Counted from the first letter of the stretch, positions 50,873-63,750 are shown. The stretch: 64,000 bases of DNA from Mobula hypostoma (GCF_963921235.1 NC_086107.1:92568001-92632000), one strand, 5' to 3'. Program-made: numbers and translations. The notes: generated by a model not told the origin, from the sequence alone.

Positions 50873-51170
50873 TAAGATTAGCTTTATTTGTTGCATGGAC
50901 ATTAGAACATGCAGTGAAATGTGTCATTTACGTCAAATCAAATCAATGAGGATGTACTGGGGGCAGCCCACAAGTGTCGCCATGTTTCCGGCTCAAACGT
51001 AGCGTGCCAAGAATGTTGTCACCCTAACCATACGTCTTTGGAATGTGGGAGGACACCAGAGCACCCGGAGGAAACCCACGTGGTCACAGGGAGAACGCAG
51101 GAGTAGTGGGAATCAATCTCCAGTCGTACAGCTAGCGATGTAAAGCATTGCACCAGCCACTAAGCTGGAG
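50873..51170 (-). mobile_element. V-SINE
   Basis: cgtctttggaatgtgggagg...gcacccggaggaaacccacgtggtcacagggagaacg. Confidence 0.75.
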
Positions 51171-51949
51171 TGTTGCACCGATGTGCCTGTAGCCCCAGTG
51201 AACATGGATACTTGGATACCTGGATCTGCTTGTAGCACGACGTTGAGGTTGCCTCCGTGCATACTGACTCCCTCCAGCGATCACTCCTGTAAATACTGAT
51301 CCACTCCTGGCCACCGCACCCCAACCCCCCACCGACAAGACTGACTTAATACTCCCCCCACCAACAATACTGACTTAACGGCGTGATTCCACGCTAAGTA
51401 TCACCAAGTCCAGACCACTGTAAAATTGATTCCCACCTGGACAGATACATGGTTAGGAAAGGTTTAGGGAGATATAGACCAAATGCAGGCAGATGGGGAC
51501 TTACTCAAGTTGGCTAGTACTTGGCATGAATGTTAGGCTGAAGGGCCTGTCTCCATGCTGAATAATTCTAGAAACGTGACTCCATTCTAAAGCTGCAATA
51601 AGGGTCTCGGCCCAAATTGTCAACTGTTTATTCCCCTCCATAGATGCTGCCTGACCTGTTGCATTCCTCCAGTATTTTGTGTGTGTTACTTAGAAAACAT
51701 TGTCACATCTACACTCCTGCAGCCAGTACTGACATAGAGCTGTGGCCCCCTGTAAGCTTTGACTAACATCTGGGATCTGTCTGTAAACACTGACCATCTG
51801 TTATTGCATTGTATACACTGACTAATATCTGGCGCTCAATAATTTCACCTTTTGGGGCCCACTGTGAGTACTGGCATGCATACACTCCCAGATTTGTCTA
51901 AATATTGATGTATATCTGGAACCCATCTCAAAATCTTGGAATGCATCCG

Positions 51950-52450
51950 GGAGCCATCTGCAAACACAGGCACACATCTGGGAGCCACCTGTAAATACAT
52001 TCACACATCTGGGAGTTACCTGTAAATACAATCACACATCTGGTGCCACCTGTAAATACAATCACACATCTGGGTGTCACCTGTAAATACAATCACACAG
52101 CTGGTATCACCTGTAAATACAATCACACATCTGGGAACCACCTGTAAACACAATCACACATCTGGGTGTCGCCTGTAAATACAATCACACATCTGGGAGC
52201 CACCTGTAAATACAATCACACATCTGGTGTCACCTGTAAATACAATCACACATCTGGGAGCCACCTGTAAATACAATCACACATCTGGGTGTCACCTGTA
52301 AATACAATCACACATCTGGGTGTCACCTGTAAATCCAATCACACAGCTGGTATCACCTGTAAATCCAATCACACATCTGGTGTCACCTGTAAATACAATC
52401 ACACATCTGGGTGTTACCTGTAAATACAATCACACATCTGGGAGACACCT
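51950..52450. repeat. 30-31-bp minisatellite (CACCTGTAAATACAATCACACATCTGGGTGT), about 15 units
   Basis: Directly visible tandem units. Confidence 0.95.
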
Positions 52451-53065
52451 CTGAACACTTGCCCATGTAGGAGCCATGTAAGATAACACGCCTGGGAGCC
52501 ATTGGCAAGTATAGACACAGTTGGGAATCCCCCTCCTTCCCCTTCCTCCCCCTCCCTCCCTCTCCCTCCGTCTCCTCCTCCCCAATTCTATCCCTCTCTC
52601 CCCTTTCCCTGTCCTCTCTCCCCCTGTCTCCCCCTCCCCATTCTCCCTCTCTCTCCCCAACTCTCTCCTCTTCTTTCCCCTCTATCCCCTCCCCGCCCAC
52701 TTCCTCTCCCTGCTCCCCACCCTCACATCGAGGTTCAGCAACCTGGGACACCAGGAGGGACCTCAGTTTACAACTGCTTGCTAAGTGATTTTCTCCGCAG
52801 TGCTGGACTCCCTCGGAACTGTACTAGAGGCATCCACCCAGTGATACGTGTCAGCTCGTCCGAGAGTTCTACAGCACTGGGCAGGTCCTTCAGTCCAACT
52901 CATGCATGCCAGGTCAGCCTACCTGACCTGAACTCATTTGGTCCATATCCACTTTTCCTAACCACGCCAGATTCAGATTTATTATTACAGGACTTCGAAA
53001 CATACAGACATCCAAACAACCAATTTACCTCTATTTCTTCACCTATATCCTTGAGTAATTCAATC

Positions 53066-53276
53066 ACACACAAGAGAAAATCTGTAGATGCTGGAAACCC
53101 AAGCAACACACACAAAGTGCTGCAGGAACTCAGCAGGCCAGGCAGCATCTATGGGAAAAAGTACAGTCGACGTTTCAGGCTGAGACCTGCTGAAAGTCCT
53201 CGGCACGAAACATCAACTGTACTTTTTTCCATAGATGCTGCCTGGCCTGCTGAGCTCCTCCAGCACTTTGTGTGTG
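53066..53276. mobile_element. Fold-back element made of two inverted Penelope-like pLTR halves
   Basis: 53107-53180 is the reverse complement of ~53203-53276. Confidence 0.8.
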
Positions 53277-53282
53277 ATCCTC

Positions 53283-53620
53283 TAGTAATGGAGGGCCTAG
53301 ATAGTATGGACGTGGAGAAGGTGCTTCCTAAAATGGGAGAGTTTAATATCAGAGGGCACAGCTTCAGAATAGATGGACAGAGATGAGGAGGAATTTCTTT
53401 AGGTGAATCTCTGGAATTCATTACCACAGATGGCTGTGGAGGCCAAGTCACTCGGTATATTTAAGGCAGAGTTTCTTGATTAGTAAAGGCAGTAAAGGTT
53501 ACAGGGAGAAGGCAGGTGCAAGGAGTTGAGAGAGATAATAAATCAGCCATGATGGAATGGTGGAGCAGACTTGATGGGCTGAATGGCCTAATTCTGCTCC
53601 TGTATCTTGTGGTCTTATTA
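53283..53620 (+). mobile_element. CR1 LINE 3' fragment
   Basis: MEGLDSMDVEKVLP...RGHSFRI; 3' hairpin gatgggctgaatggcctaattctgctcc. Confidence 0.75.
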
Positions 53621-55579
53621 ACTGCCCCAGATTCCATCACTCATTCACGAGCTGGGCGCCAAGTCCAGCAGCAATTAACCTCGCAACCGGCACACCTTTG
53701 GGCTGTTCTTCACTCGACTCCCCTCACTCCATCACTGAACTGTTCCCACAACCTGTGGGCTCACTTTCAAAGGACTCTCCATCTCATGTTCTTGGTATTT
53801 ATTGCTTATTTATTTATTATTATTATTTCCTTTTTTTCTTTCATATTTGCACAGTTTGCTGTCATTTGCACATTGGTCGATGGTCCACGCAGTTGGGCGC
53901 AGTGTTTCATTGATTCTTTATGTTTCTTGGATTTGCCCGCAAGAAAACGAATCTCGGGGTGGCAAATGGTGACATGCATGTACTACGATAGTAAAGTTAC
54001 TTTCCGAACTTTGAAATTCGTGGGAGGAAAGCGGAGCGCCCAAGGGAAGAGCAAACACTCACAAGGAGGATATGCAAACTCCACACTGGCAGAGTCAGAG
54101 GCTGGGGCTTCTGGAGTTGAAAGACAGAACAGCTATTGTGATTTGCCACTGTGGAGCCCCCATTACAGGACAGTATGTTTCCCCACTGATGTGATCACAC
54201 ACACTGAGGCAGAGATCAAACTTCAAAGTCAACAGTTCCATGGCTTTCTTTGTGTCATGGCTGTCTGTGGGAAGACAAATCTCAGGGTTGTATACTTCGA
54301 TAATAAATGTACTTTGAATCTTTGAAATTTATGATCAATGTACATTTATCAACATATGTTACCCTGAGATTCATTTTCTTGCAGGCATTTACAGTAGAAC
54401 AAGAAAAACTATAGAATCAATGAGAAACTATGTCTTATGGAAAGAGAGAGAGATGGAGAGGTGTAGACCTATTTTCAGCTAGCAATGGGATAATTTGTTC
54501 CTCGCACCGATTTTATAAATAGACTGTGCTGCATTGCAAATACTGACTGCTCCGTTCAGCTAAATCACAAAGGCCTGAGCTGCAAAGAAAAGGCTTAAGG
54601 TTTCTGTACATAAGAACGCCAAGGGAAATCAGACTGATTTGGCCAAATACAATGCAGAAACCGTTGCTGCACTTGAGTGAGCTAAGCCTGGTTCGGGTTT
54701 CTTCAGAGCAAGAGATTGAGAGGCAGCTGAGCTGATATTTAAGAAAGAAAGAGAGAGAGAGAGAGAAAAGAAACGGAACTGTTAAAAGCAATTAAAGTCT
54801 CCCTGCTTCAGTGAACTTCGGGGAGACAGCTCGGATTGTGTGCGAGTGGGCACAGGAGTGCAGAATGACTCCTGGCTCCTGGCTGCAGGAGATACATTAA
54901 TCCCCACCACGGAAGGAGATGGGAAAGTAGGGAAAACATAAATCTGGGTGAAGATGTAAAGACAGAGGAAGGGTGAAAGGAGAGATTTCAGACAGATAAT
55001 TTCCGAAAGGGTTTTCCGGCCGGTGGAGTATTTTGCTTGAGATGTGGTCAGTGTTGTAACGCCAGTTTATACACTGACTGTGTATACACTGGTTTATACA
55101 CTGGTTGTGATGCCAACTTAGACATGCTGATTATCCCTCCCTGTTACGGTGGGGGGTGAGAAAAGAATATATGTAGACCAGCATGTCTCATTCAGAATAA
55201 TACTCAGCCTGTGACTGCTGGGCAGGGCCATGGCATGAGGTCTCATTCGAAAGGTAGTGGTTTTGGATTTGTAGCCCTGCTTCTGAGCTGCATTGGAGCG
55301 TCAGACTCCACCTGGCATTAAATCCTCTAAGGGACATCTGACATCTACAGTGGCCTCAAATGGGAGCAAGGTGGCAACAGAATTTGGGAAGGAAGGGGCT
55401 GGTGAGCCTGGGTTCTGCTCTGATGGTGTGTGGCACGTAAGGTATGGGAAAGAATGGTGGCCTTAGGGTGTCTTTTGGAGGAGACCACAGAGAGGCAGAG
55501 TTAGTCCATTGAGTCTGTTCTGCCATTCCAATATGGCTGATTTATTCTCCCTCTCAACCCCGTCCACTGGCTCTCTGGT

Positions 55580-56195
55580 GTGTAGCATCCCCTCAGTTCT
55601 CACACCCCCTCAGTTTTGTGACACAGGTAGCACTCCCTCAGGTCTATGACAGAGTGTCGTCGCAGTCCCTCAGTTCTGTGTCACAGTGTATCACCACCAC
55701 CCCCCCCCCCCCCGCCTCACTGGCCGGCTGGTGGCGCAGTGAGATCAGTGCCGGACTCCGGAGCAAAGGTTCCCGAGTTCGAATCCAGGTCGGGCCACCC
55801 CCGAGCGCGCTTTCCATCCGTGCCAGGTTGAGTGTCGAGCTAGCCACTCGGCCTCGTAAAAAATACAAGGGTAGAGTCAGGAACGTTCATAATGTGATTC
55901 GGTTAATCCCGTCACCACGTGCCAGCCAAGAATGGCTGAATGTCTGGTACGACATGCTTAAAAAACAACCCTCAGTTTTACGTCACAGTGTCCCACCTCT
56001 GTCAGTGTAGCACCCCCTCAGTTCTGTGTCACAGTGTAGAACCCATCCGTTCTGTGACACTGACTAGCAACCTCTCAGTTCTCTGTCAGTGTTGCATCCC
56101 CTCAGTTCTGCGTCATAGTGTAGCACCCCCTCTGTTCTGTGACATAGTGTAACACCACCCGCCCCCCCCCCACCAGTTCTGTGTCACAGTGTGGC
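55580..56195. repeat. Degenerate ~30-bp minisatellite (CAGTGTAGCACCCCTCAGTTCTGTGTCA) interrupted by a SINE
   Basis: Recurrent CCCTCAGTTCTG / CACAGTGT on both sides of 55722-55965. Confidence 0.75.
55722..55965 (+). mobile_element. tRNA-derived SINE, CpG-rich (young)
   Basis: A-box TGGCGCAGTG (55732), B-box GAGTTCGAATCC (55775-55786), non-tRNA body, A-rich end. Confidence 0.75.
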
Positions 56196-56639
56196 ACTCC
56201 AACTATTCTGCCCGGGAATGTCACCCTGCACGTTTTCCATGTGGATATCTGTGCACATTGTCTCCTTTCGCACAGTGTTTGTGTGTAGTTTCCCACTGAT
56301 GCTGTTACATTTCTCTGTTCTACAGTGAATGCTTTAAGAAAATTGATTTCAAGGTAGTATCTGGTGACATATAGGTACTTGGATAATAAATTTACTTCTG
56401 TTCAATTAATAAAATAATCTTGCATTAAAGTAATGACTTACTTTACTAATACATTAATGTACAACTTTAATTACTTGAATCAAAGTAATGCACTACTCAG
56501 TAATGTATTCACTATAATAAAATAATCTTGAATGAAAGTGATGTATTGTCCCAATAACAGAAGTCCACTGGGTCAGGAATTTGTCGCTGTTACATACCCT
56601 GGCTGATAAGTGACTCTGGACACATAAAGAGCAGTGCAG

Positions 56640-56930
56640 TTATGTGGTGGTTCATATTAATGCTTTGCACACCAGGGATTGAAATCTCGATCCCACCGCA
56701 GTCTGTACTTTCTCTCTGTGCCCACGTGGGTTTCCTCCCGGTGTCTGGCCTTCCTTCCGCGTCCCAAAGACGTACAGTTCGGGTTAGTAAGCTGTGGGCG
56801 TGCTTCGTTAGCAGTGGAAGAGCGGTCACTCTTGTGGGCTGCTCACAGCGCAGTCTTCGGACTGCGTTGGTTATTGACGCAAGTGACACGTGTCACTGTG
56901 TGTTTCAGTGTGCGTGTGTTGAATAAGGCC
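56640..56930 (+). mobile_element. V-SINE
   Basis: CCCACGTGGGTTTCCTCCCGG...TCCCAAAGACGTAC; 3' segment shared with 47400-47520. Confidence 0.7.
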
Positions 56931-57389
56931 AGTTTTTAAAAACCGTGAATGGTTCACTGCTAGAGCAGCAGTCTCGTGGCTCAACATTTAACAATTATAA
57001 AGAACAAGTAAAAATAAACTGAGAGATTAAAGGACAAATTTGGAATAAAATGTGTACAAATACTGTACATAAATATCAGCATGTATTACAGTGTAAACAG
57101 TATTGTAAAAAGTGGTTTAAAGTATTTACAGTGCAGTGACTGAGGTAATAGATAGAGGGGGGTGGGGGGTTAATGAGAATGGTTGATCAGATTAACTTCC
57201 TGGGGGAAGGAATTTAAGATGCCATGAAACCTCATATCGTCCAGGTATCCTGCCCTCATAATACCCAGGTATTATACCCTCACATCACCCTGATGATCTG
57301 CGCTTCCCTCTTCAAGCATCTTTGGCATTGTGATTACCACAGTCCCCTTTCCCCTCAGTGCATCTTTGAGTCCAACCATTCACTGTAAA

Positions 57390-57700
57390 GATTAAGTTAG
57401 CATTGTTTGTCACATCAAAACATCAAATAACAGTGATATGCATCACTTGCGCCAACGACCAACACAATCCAAGAAGGTGTTGGGGGGGGGGCACAGCTTG
57501 CAAGTGTTGGCAAGCTAGCATGCCCACAACTTACTAAGTCTAGCCTGCACATCTTTGGAAGGAGGGAGGAAAGCAGAGCACACAGAGAAAAGCAATGTGA
57601 CCACTGTAAGAACGTACCAAATCCTTACAGACAGCGGGCAGGAATTGAATGCCGATCACCGGTGTTGTAAAGCATTACATTAACCACTAAGCTATGGTTC
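57390..57700 (-). mobile_element. V-SINE
   Basis: Reversed head ggaattgaa...accactaagcta and V-domain remnant. Confidence 0.65.
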
Positions 57701-57916
57701 TGCCCTATCTGTCTATGCAGCCATCTTTAAGCACTCTTAGTTCTTGTGTACATCAAGGACCACTGTTAGTGGCCAAACATTCACTGTTTACATCTTGTCT
57801 TTATTTGACCTTTGAAAATGCATCATTTGGCACTTACCATGATTAAATTTCATCTTCTAATGTTTTGCCAAGATTAAGATTGCAAATTGGGGGGGGGGGG
57901 GAATGAATCAAAATCA

Positions 57917-58530
57917 TAAACACAAGAGGTTCTGCAGTTTTCTGGAAATCCAGAGCAACACAATAAATTGCTGGAGGAACTCAGCAGGTCATGCGGCATC
58001 TGCGGAGGGGAGTGAAGAGCTGGTGTTCCAAGCAGAAGCCGGGATAAGAAGGTGCTGGGAGTGCAAGCTGGCAGATGATAGGTGAGGCCAGGGGAGAGGG
58101 AAGGTGGGTGGATGGTGGATGGGGATGGAGTGAGAAGCTGGGAGGTGATAGGTCGAAGGGCTGAAGAGGAAGGAATCTGATAGGAGAGGAGAGTGGACCA
58201 TGGGAGAAAGGGAAGAAGGAGGGTCTCCACAGGGAGGTGATGGGCAGGTGCCTGTAAAAAAAAATCTCAGAATCTCATACATACTTCAATAATGTTCGCA
58301 TTGATCTTTCCTTTGAAATTTGAGAAGGGGTAAGATGGGAGCCAGAATGTGGAATAGGAAAAGAGAGAGTGGGGAGGAAGAAGAAATTCCCAGAAGCTAG
58401 AGAAATCGATGCTTATGCCATCAGGCTGGAGGCTACCCAAACGGATATGAGGTATTGTTCTGCCAACTCGAGGATGGCCTCATTGTGGCAGTAGAGAAGG
58501 CCACGGCCAACATGTCAGAATGGGAGTGCA
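57917..58530 (-). mobile_element. Penelope-like element 3' end (ORF C-terminus, 3'UTR, pLTR)
   Basis: The reverse strand, across two frameshifts, gives HSHSDM / GLLYCHNEAILELAEQYLI / RLGSLQPDGISIDFSSF, typical of the GIY-YIG-domain C-terminus of vertebrate Penelope-like ORFs; pLTR at ~57917-58005. Confidence 0.75.
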
Positions 58531-59039
58531 GAGGAGATTAAAATAGTGTCACAAATTTACGGAAGGAAGCAGATCCTCTGGCTACTGTGGCTCATTACAG
58601 CAATCCCCACATTCCCACCGCGTCTCCCAACTCCCCCCTCCTGTTTTGCCACTCACCCTGTGGCCAATTAACCCACCAAACCTCTACTGCTGGAATGGGA
58701 TTGGGAAGTAGAATTAAAATGGATGGTCGTTGGGATCCTCAGGCTCGGAAATGAATGCTTGGGAATGGCTGAGCTGTGCTAGAATCCCTGCTAACCTGCA
58801 CAGACAAAGAGTTAACGTGAAGTGAGCGACTTTGTTATTTTAAAACTGGAATGGGGTATATTTTCTTTTTATTTAGAGATACAGGTTGGTGCAGGCATAG
58901 GTTAATTTGTCACTCCTGCTTTCTTCATATTTGCCCTTACGTGCTGGGTGTTTCCCTGGCTACTCTAGTTGCCTCCCATATCCCAAAGAATAGTAACGGT
59001 TAGTGAATCGTGGGCACGCTATGTTGGCAAGTCAGTGCA

Positions 59040-60105
59040 ATTATGAAGAAAGCACGGCAGCACTTCGACTTCCTTAGGACTCTGCAAAGATTTGGCATGA
59101 CATCTAAAACTTTGGCAAACTTCTACTGAGGTGTCGCGGAGAGTATATTGACTGTCATAGCCTGGTATGGAAACACCAATGCCTTTAAATGGAAAATCCG
59201 ACAAAAAGTAGGATAAGATGATCAGAGGCACTGATCATATGGATAATCAGAGGCTTTTTTCCCAGGGCTGAGATGGCTAGCACAAGAGGGCACAGTTTTA
59301 AGGTGCTTGGAAGCAGGTACAGAGGAGATGTCAGGGGTAAGTTTTTTACGCAGAGAGTGGTGAGTGTGTCAAATGGGCTGCCAGCGACGGTGGTGGAGGC
59401 GGATACGATAGGGTCTTTTAAGAGGCTCCTGGACAGGTACATGGAGCTCAGAAAAATAGAGGGCTGCGGGTAACCCTAGGTAATTTCTCAGGTAAGGACA
59501 TGTTTGGCACAGCTTTGTGGGCCGAAGGGCCTGTATTGTGCTGCAGGTTTTCTATGTTTTCTAAGTTTCTAAGTAGTGGATACAGCCCAGTCCATCACGG
59601 GTAAAGCCCTCCCCATTACTGAGCACATTTACACAAAACGTTTTTGCAGGAAAGCAGCATCCATCATCAGAGACCCCCACCACCCAGGACATTATCTCTT
59701 CTTGCTGTAGCCATCAGGAAAAAGGTACAGGAGCCTCAGGACTCACACCATCCGGTTGAGGAACAGTTATCAGGCTCCTGAACCAAAGGGGATAACTTCA
59801 CTTGCCCCATCATTGAAATGTTCCCACAATCTAAGGACTCACTTTCAAGGATTCTTCATTTCATGTTTTAGTTATGTATTGCTTAATTATTTGTTATTAT
59901 TATTTCTTTCTTTTTGTATTTGCAGTTTGTTGTCTTGACACACTGTTTGAACACCCAAGTTGGTGCAGTCTTTCATTGATTCTATCATGGCTGTCATTCC
60001 TTCATGGATTTATTGATTATGCCCACAAAGAAAAGAATCTCAGGGTTGTATATGGTGGCATAGATGTACTTTGATAATAGACTTTACTTTGAACTTTGAG
60101 CTTTG
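59040..60105 (+). mobile_element. Rex1-type LINE 3' fragment with a nested CR1 3' end (~59210-59572)
   Basis: KKARQHFDFLRTLQRFGM remnant resumes after the CR1 insert (STRGHSFKVLGSRYRGDVRGKFFTQRVV, TTCTATGT tail). Confidence 0.8.
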
Positions 60106-60109
60106 AACA

Positions 60110-60430
60110 TGATACAAACTCCTCACGGACAAGACGGGAATTGAATCCTGATCGCTGCGGCTCCAATGAGGTTATGCTAACTGTTGTGCTACCGTGCTGG
60201 GGTCATCCCACAAGTGTCACCTTATTCTGGCTGCCAATATAGCATGCCGCCAAGTTACGAGCCCTTACTAATCAGTGCGTCTTTGGACTGTGGGAGGAAA
60301 CCGGGGCTCCTGGAGGAAACCTGCACGCTCACAGGGAGAACGTGCGAGCTCCTTACAGTAAGCAGCAGGGATTGAACCTCTGTTGCTGGCACTGTGAGTC
60401 ATTATGTTAGCTGCTACACTACTGTGCCAC
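60110..60430 (-). mobile_element. Two V-SINE fragments
   Basis: gtctttggactgtgggaggaaaccgg...acagggagaacgtg; two reversed tRNA-like heads. Confidence 0.7.
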
Positions 60431-62669
60431 ACTGCCACGCAAAGAGAGGATTAACAGACTGAACTAGAAATTAGAAAGGCACAGAGAGGAGGGACAATGT
60501 AAGCAAAGGAGAAAAAGGGAGAATGAGCACATCATAATAAATGGTCACCCATTTCATAGAGCGAGGAAAAGGACCTTTTTCTCCTGGGGGTTGTGAGTTT
60601 TCAGTAGTTATGGGGGCCAGAACTGAATATATTCAAGGTGGAGATGTAGAAATCGGTCTGCCAATTATTCCACGGTGATGAGGACAGGAGCAAAGTACAG
60701 ATGGGGCCAAGGTTCGAGCAGGCATCAACTTACTGAATGTTGGGAGAGACTCAAGGGGATGAAAGGTCAACATTTCTTGCTCTGAGAGAGGACGGAAAGG
60801 AAGATGAGGGTGAAAGAAGGAAGGGTAAGAAGGGAAATGGAGGTTAAAAGGGTTGAGAGAGAGATAGGGAGGTGGACGGGAAGAGAAGGGAGAGGGAAGG
60901 ACATGGCAGTGGTTGGAGATTGCAGACAGCGAGATGTTGGGAAGTAGAGGTCTAAGCGTTGGGGAGGGGAGGGAGAGTTGGAATCAGAATCATTGGAATA
61001 TGTCATAAAATTTGTTGTTATGCAGCAGCAGTACAACGCAATATGTAATAAAATCTGTAAATTACTGTAAGAAATATAAATATACTAAAGAAGTTAAGTA
61101 AGTTGTGCAAAATGAGAGGAAAAAGGTAGTGATGTTGTGTCCATGGGTTAAATGTCCATTCAGAAATCTGCTGTTAGAGGGGAAGAAGTTATTCCTAAAT
61201 CATTGAGTGTTTGCCTTCAGGCTTCAGAGAGACGGGAGGAAAGCGAGAGGAATGGAGGGAGGTGGAGAAGGAAGGATAAAGGAAGAGGATATAAAAGGGT
61301 GGGGAGAAGGGGAGAGAGGGATAGAGAAGTGGAGGGGTAAGAGAGGTAAAGTGGATAGAGATGGCAGAAAGTAAGGTGTTGTGGGGAGGAGAGGAGAGAG
61401 AGAAGACGGAAAGAAGACTCCTAGATAGGCACATGGATGATAGAGAAAGAGAGGGCTAGGTAGGAGAGAAGTGTTGGATTGATCTTGGAGTAGGTTAATA
61501 GAATGACAGAACATTGTGGGCTGAAGGGTATGTACAGTGCTGTACAGCCCTGTGTTCTAAAAACTGCGAAGACAGAAAAGCGGAAGCGGGAGGGAAAGCT
61601 GGGGGAGGGGGGGGCACAGATGTACACGCTCCGTGGAAGAGTCAAGCTCATGGCAAGTTTCCTGGGCCTCCTTCTCAGCTCATCATTCCCCGTTAAGTGT
61701 GTTCCTTTCCTGTCACTCTCAGCTCAGAGAATTGGCTTTGTCTGTCTCGTTACTTTTGGACGTTCTGCATAAATGCTGTGTGCAGGTGGGTGGAGATATA
61801 TTTGGGAGCTCAGTGTTATGTGACAATGATGCAGCCAATGAGAGAGGTATCCTCCCTCCACACTGCTCCTCATGAGTTTCACTTTGCCTTGCAGCCTGAG
61901 AAGTAGAGCACCAACCTTCAGAATGACTTCTAACTGCGAGAGAGATTTGCCATCCCTCTAAGTATGCCATTTCTTCCATGAGAAATCAATGGAAACAGAA
62001 ATTAAAGGGAGTCTGGCCAGAGATTTCGGAATTATTGATGCCTCCTCCACTGTAAGCAGTGCTCAATGTCTCTGCTCTTTCTCTTCCGAGGGGGTGGAAT
62101 AGGAAAAGCAGCAGGGTTTCATACTGCCGTGTCGTTGCCATTGTTCCAGCTTTGACAAGACCATGAGAAGGGCCTGGACTGGCCAGTCCACAGCAACAAC
62201 GTTCCCCAGATCTGCAGGATAAAGAGGGGCTGCTCCTGACTCCTCACCCAGCCACCAAACCCTCTCACCAGGAACACCAAACCGAGCACGAAATCTGACG
62301 GAACGAAGGGTGGATGACTCCCAGCCCAGTCCGCGTCCGGGCTTGGTGGCGGAACATTTTGGGTCTCGTTCACCGGCACGCGGCTTGCCCGAAGTCCCGG
62401 AAGAATTATACCAGAATCCAGATCCAACGAGGTGCCTCCTCTCCTAAGTGGAAGATCACGGACTCACTAGCTGAGGATCAAGGGTTGGGATTCACCCAGC
62501 AAGGTCCGCCTCTCTCAGTCCAGGCTTTCGGAAGGCCTGACGAGGACAGTCCTCTTGCCCCTTGTTAGAGTTCGGGGTAGCCTCCGAGTTGACTTTTCAC
62601 CGGGATTCTAGGCCCAGCTCCCTGCCCTTGCCGCCTGCCCGCCCGCCGCCTGTGTGATGCTGTGCCGAG

Positions 62670-62823
62670 ATGTCGGGCGATGGGGAGGAAGAGCTGTGCC
62701 GCAACGCGCTGGCGCTGGTCAATGAACTCTGCTTCAGCATCCGGGGCAATCACAACAATGAGAAGTGCATCGAGTTCTCCTACCTCCTCCGGGACCGGGA
62801 CCGCACACGCCACATCGAGACAG
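62670..62823 (+). CDS. First coding exon of an unidentified host protein-coding gene (51 aa, then a phase-1 intron)
   Basis: GCCGAGATG start with in-frame TGA at 62655-62657; strongly G/C-ending codons; donor ACAG|GTAATG; candidate acceptors ttgttccag (62149) and cttgttag (62568, with a CTGAC branch-like site upstream); no transposon motifs. Confidence 0.85.
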
Positions 62824-63094
62824 GTAATGTCACCCATCGCCTCCCAGTACCCCCCTCCCTGTCACCATCCCCACCCCCACTCCCCCCACCCGGCCTCTCA
62901 CCACACGGGACAGAGGCCATTCTGCCCGTTGTGCCTGTGATAGCCCTTGGAAGGCCTGAATGACTGACACCATCCTTTGCTTTATTGTCAGTTTTTTCAG
63001 GGATAGATGGGGGTGGGAGATCGGGTGGTATTTACACATATACAGTACATTGAACTGAAGGGTAGGGCAGGGGTAAGGTGTGTGCAGGGGAATC

Positions 63095-63750
63095 AGGATC
63101 AAAATTAGGTTATTATCACTGACATATGCTGTGACACTTGTGTTTTTTTGTCGCAGCAGTACACTGTTACACTTAAAATGTACTATAAATTACAATAAGA
63201 AATATATATATATAAAATAATCCATATGAAAGATATGTATATGTTTATATCTGTAAAATGTGTGTAGGGTGTATACATATGTATATACTGTGTGTGTATG
63301 TGTATATATAAGTAGTGCAGGCAAAAGGAGATAAAGAAAACTTAGTGAGGTTGTGTTCATGGGTTCATTGTCCAGTCAGGAATCTGATGTCAGAGAGGAT
63401 GAAGCTGTTCCTGGAGTGTTGTGCGTGAGTCTTCAGCCTCCTGTACCTCCGCCCTGAGGGGAGTAATGGGGGGGGGCATGTCCTGGGTGGTGGGTGTCCT
63501 TAATAATGGAAGTGGTCTTCCCGAGGAATCGCCTTTTGAAGGCGTCCTGGATGATGGGGAGGCTGGTGCCCATGATGGAGCTGGCTGAGTTGACAACTCT
63601 CTGCAGCCTTCTCTGATCTTGTGCAGAGGCCACTCCAACGCAGACGGTGATGCAACCACTCAGAATGCTTCCCACAGAACGTCTGTGGAGATTTTCTGGA
63701 GCCTTTGGTGACATAGCAGATCTCCTCAAGCCCATAAGGCTCCTCAAAGT
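63095..63750 (-). mobile_element. Rex1-type LINE 3' fragment
   Basis: Reverse ORF SILSGCITV...RRLQRVVNSASSIMGTSLP...IIKDTHHPGH; reversed tail aatcaggatcaaa. Confidence 0.8.

Noticed and set aside
51950..52450. CRISPR-like array
   Set aside because: Head-to-tail units without spacers.
52502..54325. 294-aa and 269-aa ORFs
   Set aside because: They run across unrelated repeat fragments, with no coherent domain or splice structure.
55722..55800. tRNA gene (also at 43158, 48343, 50760)
   Set aside because: A and B boxes are present, but the sequence runs into SINE bodies with no T-run terminator after the tRNA-like part.
62824..62963. C-terminal half of the 97-aa ORF
   Set aside because: Codon bias ends at the GTAATG donor; the rest is intron read-through.
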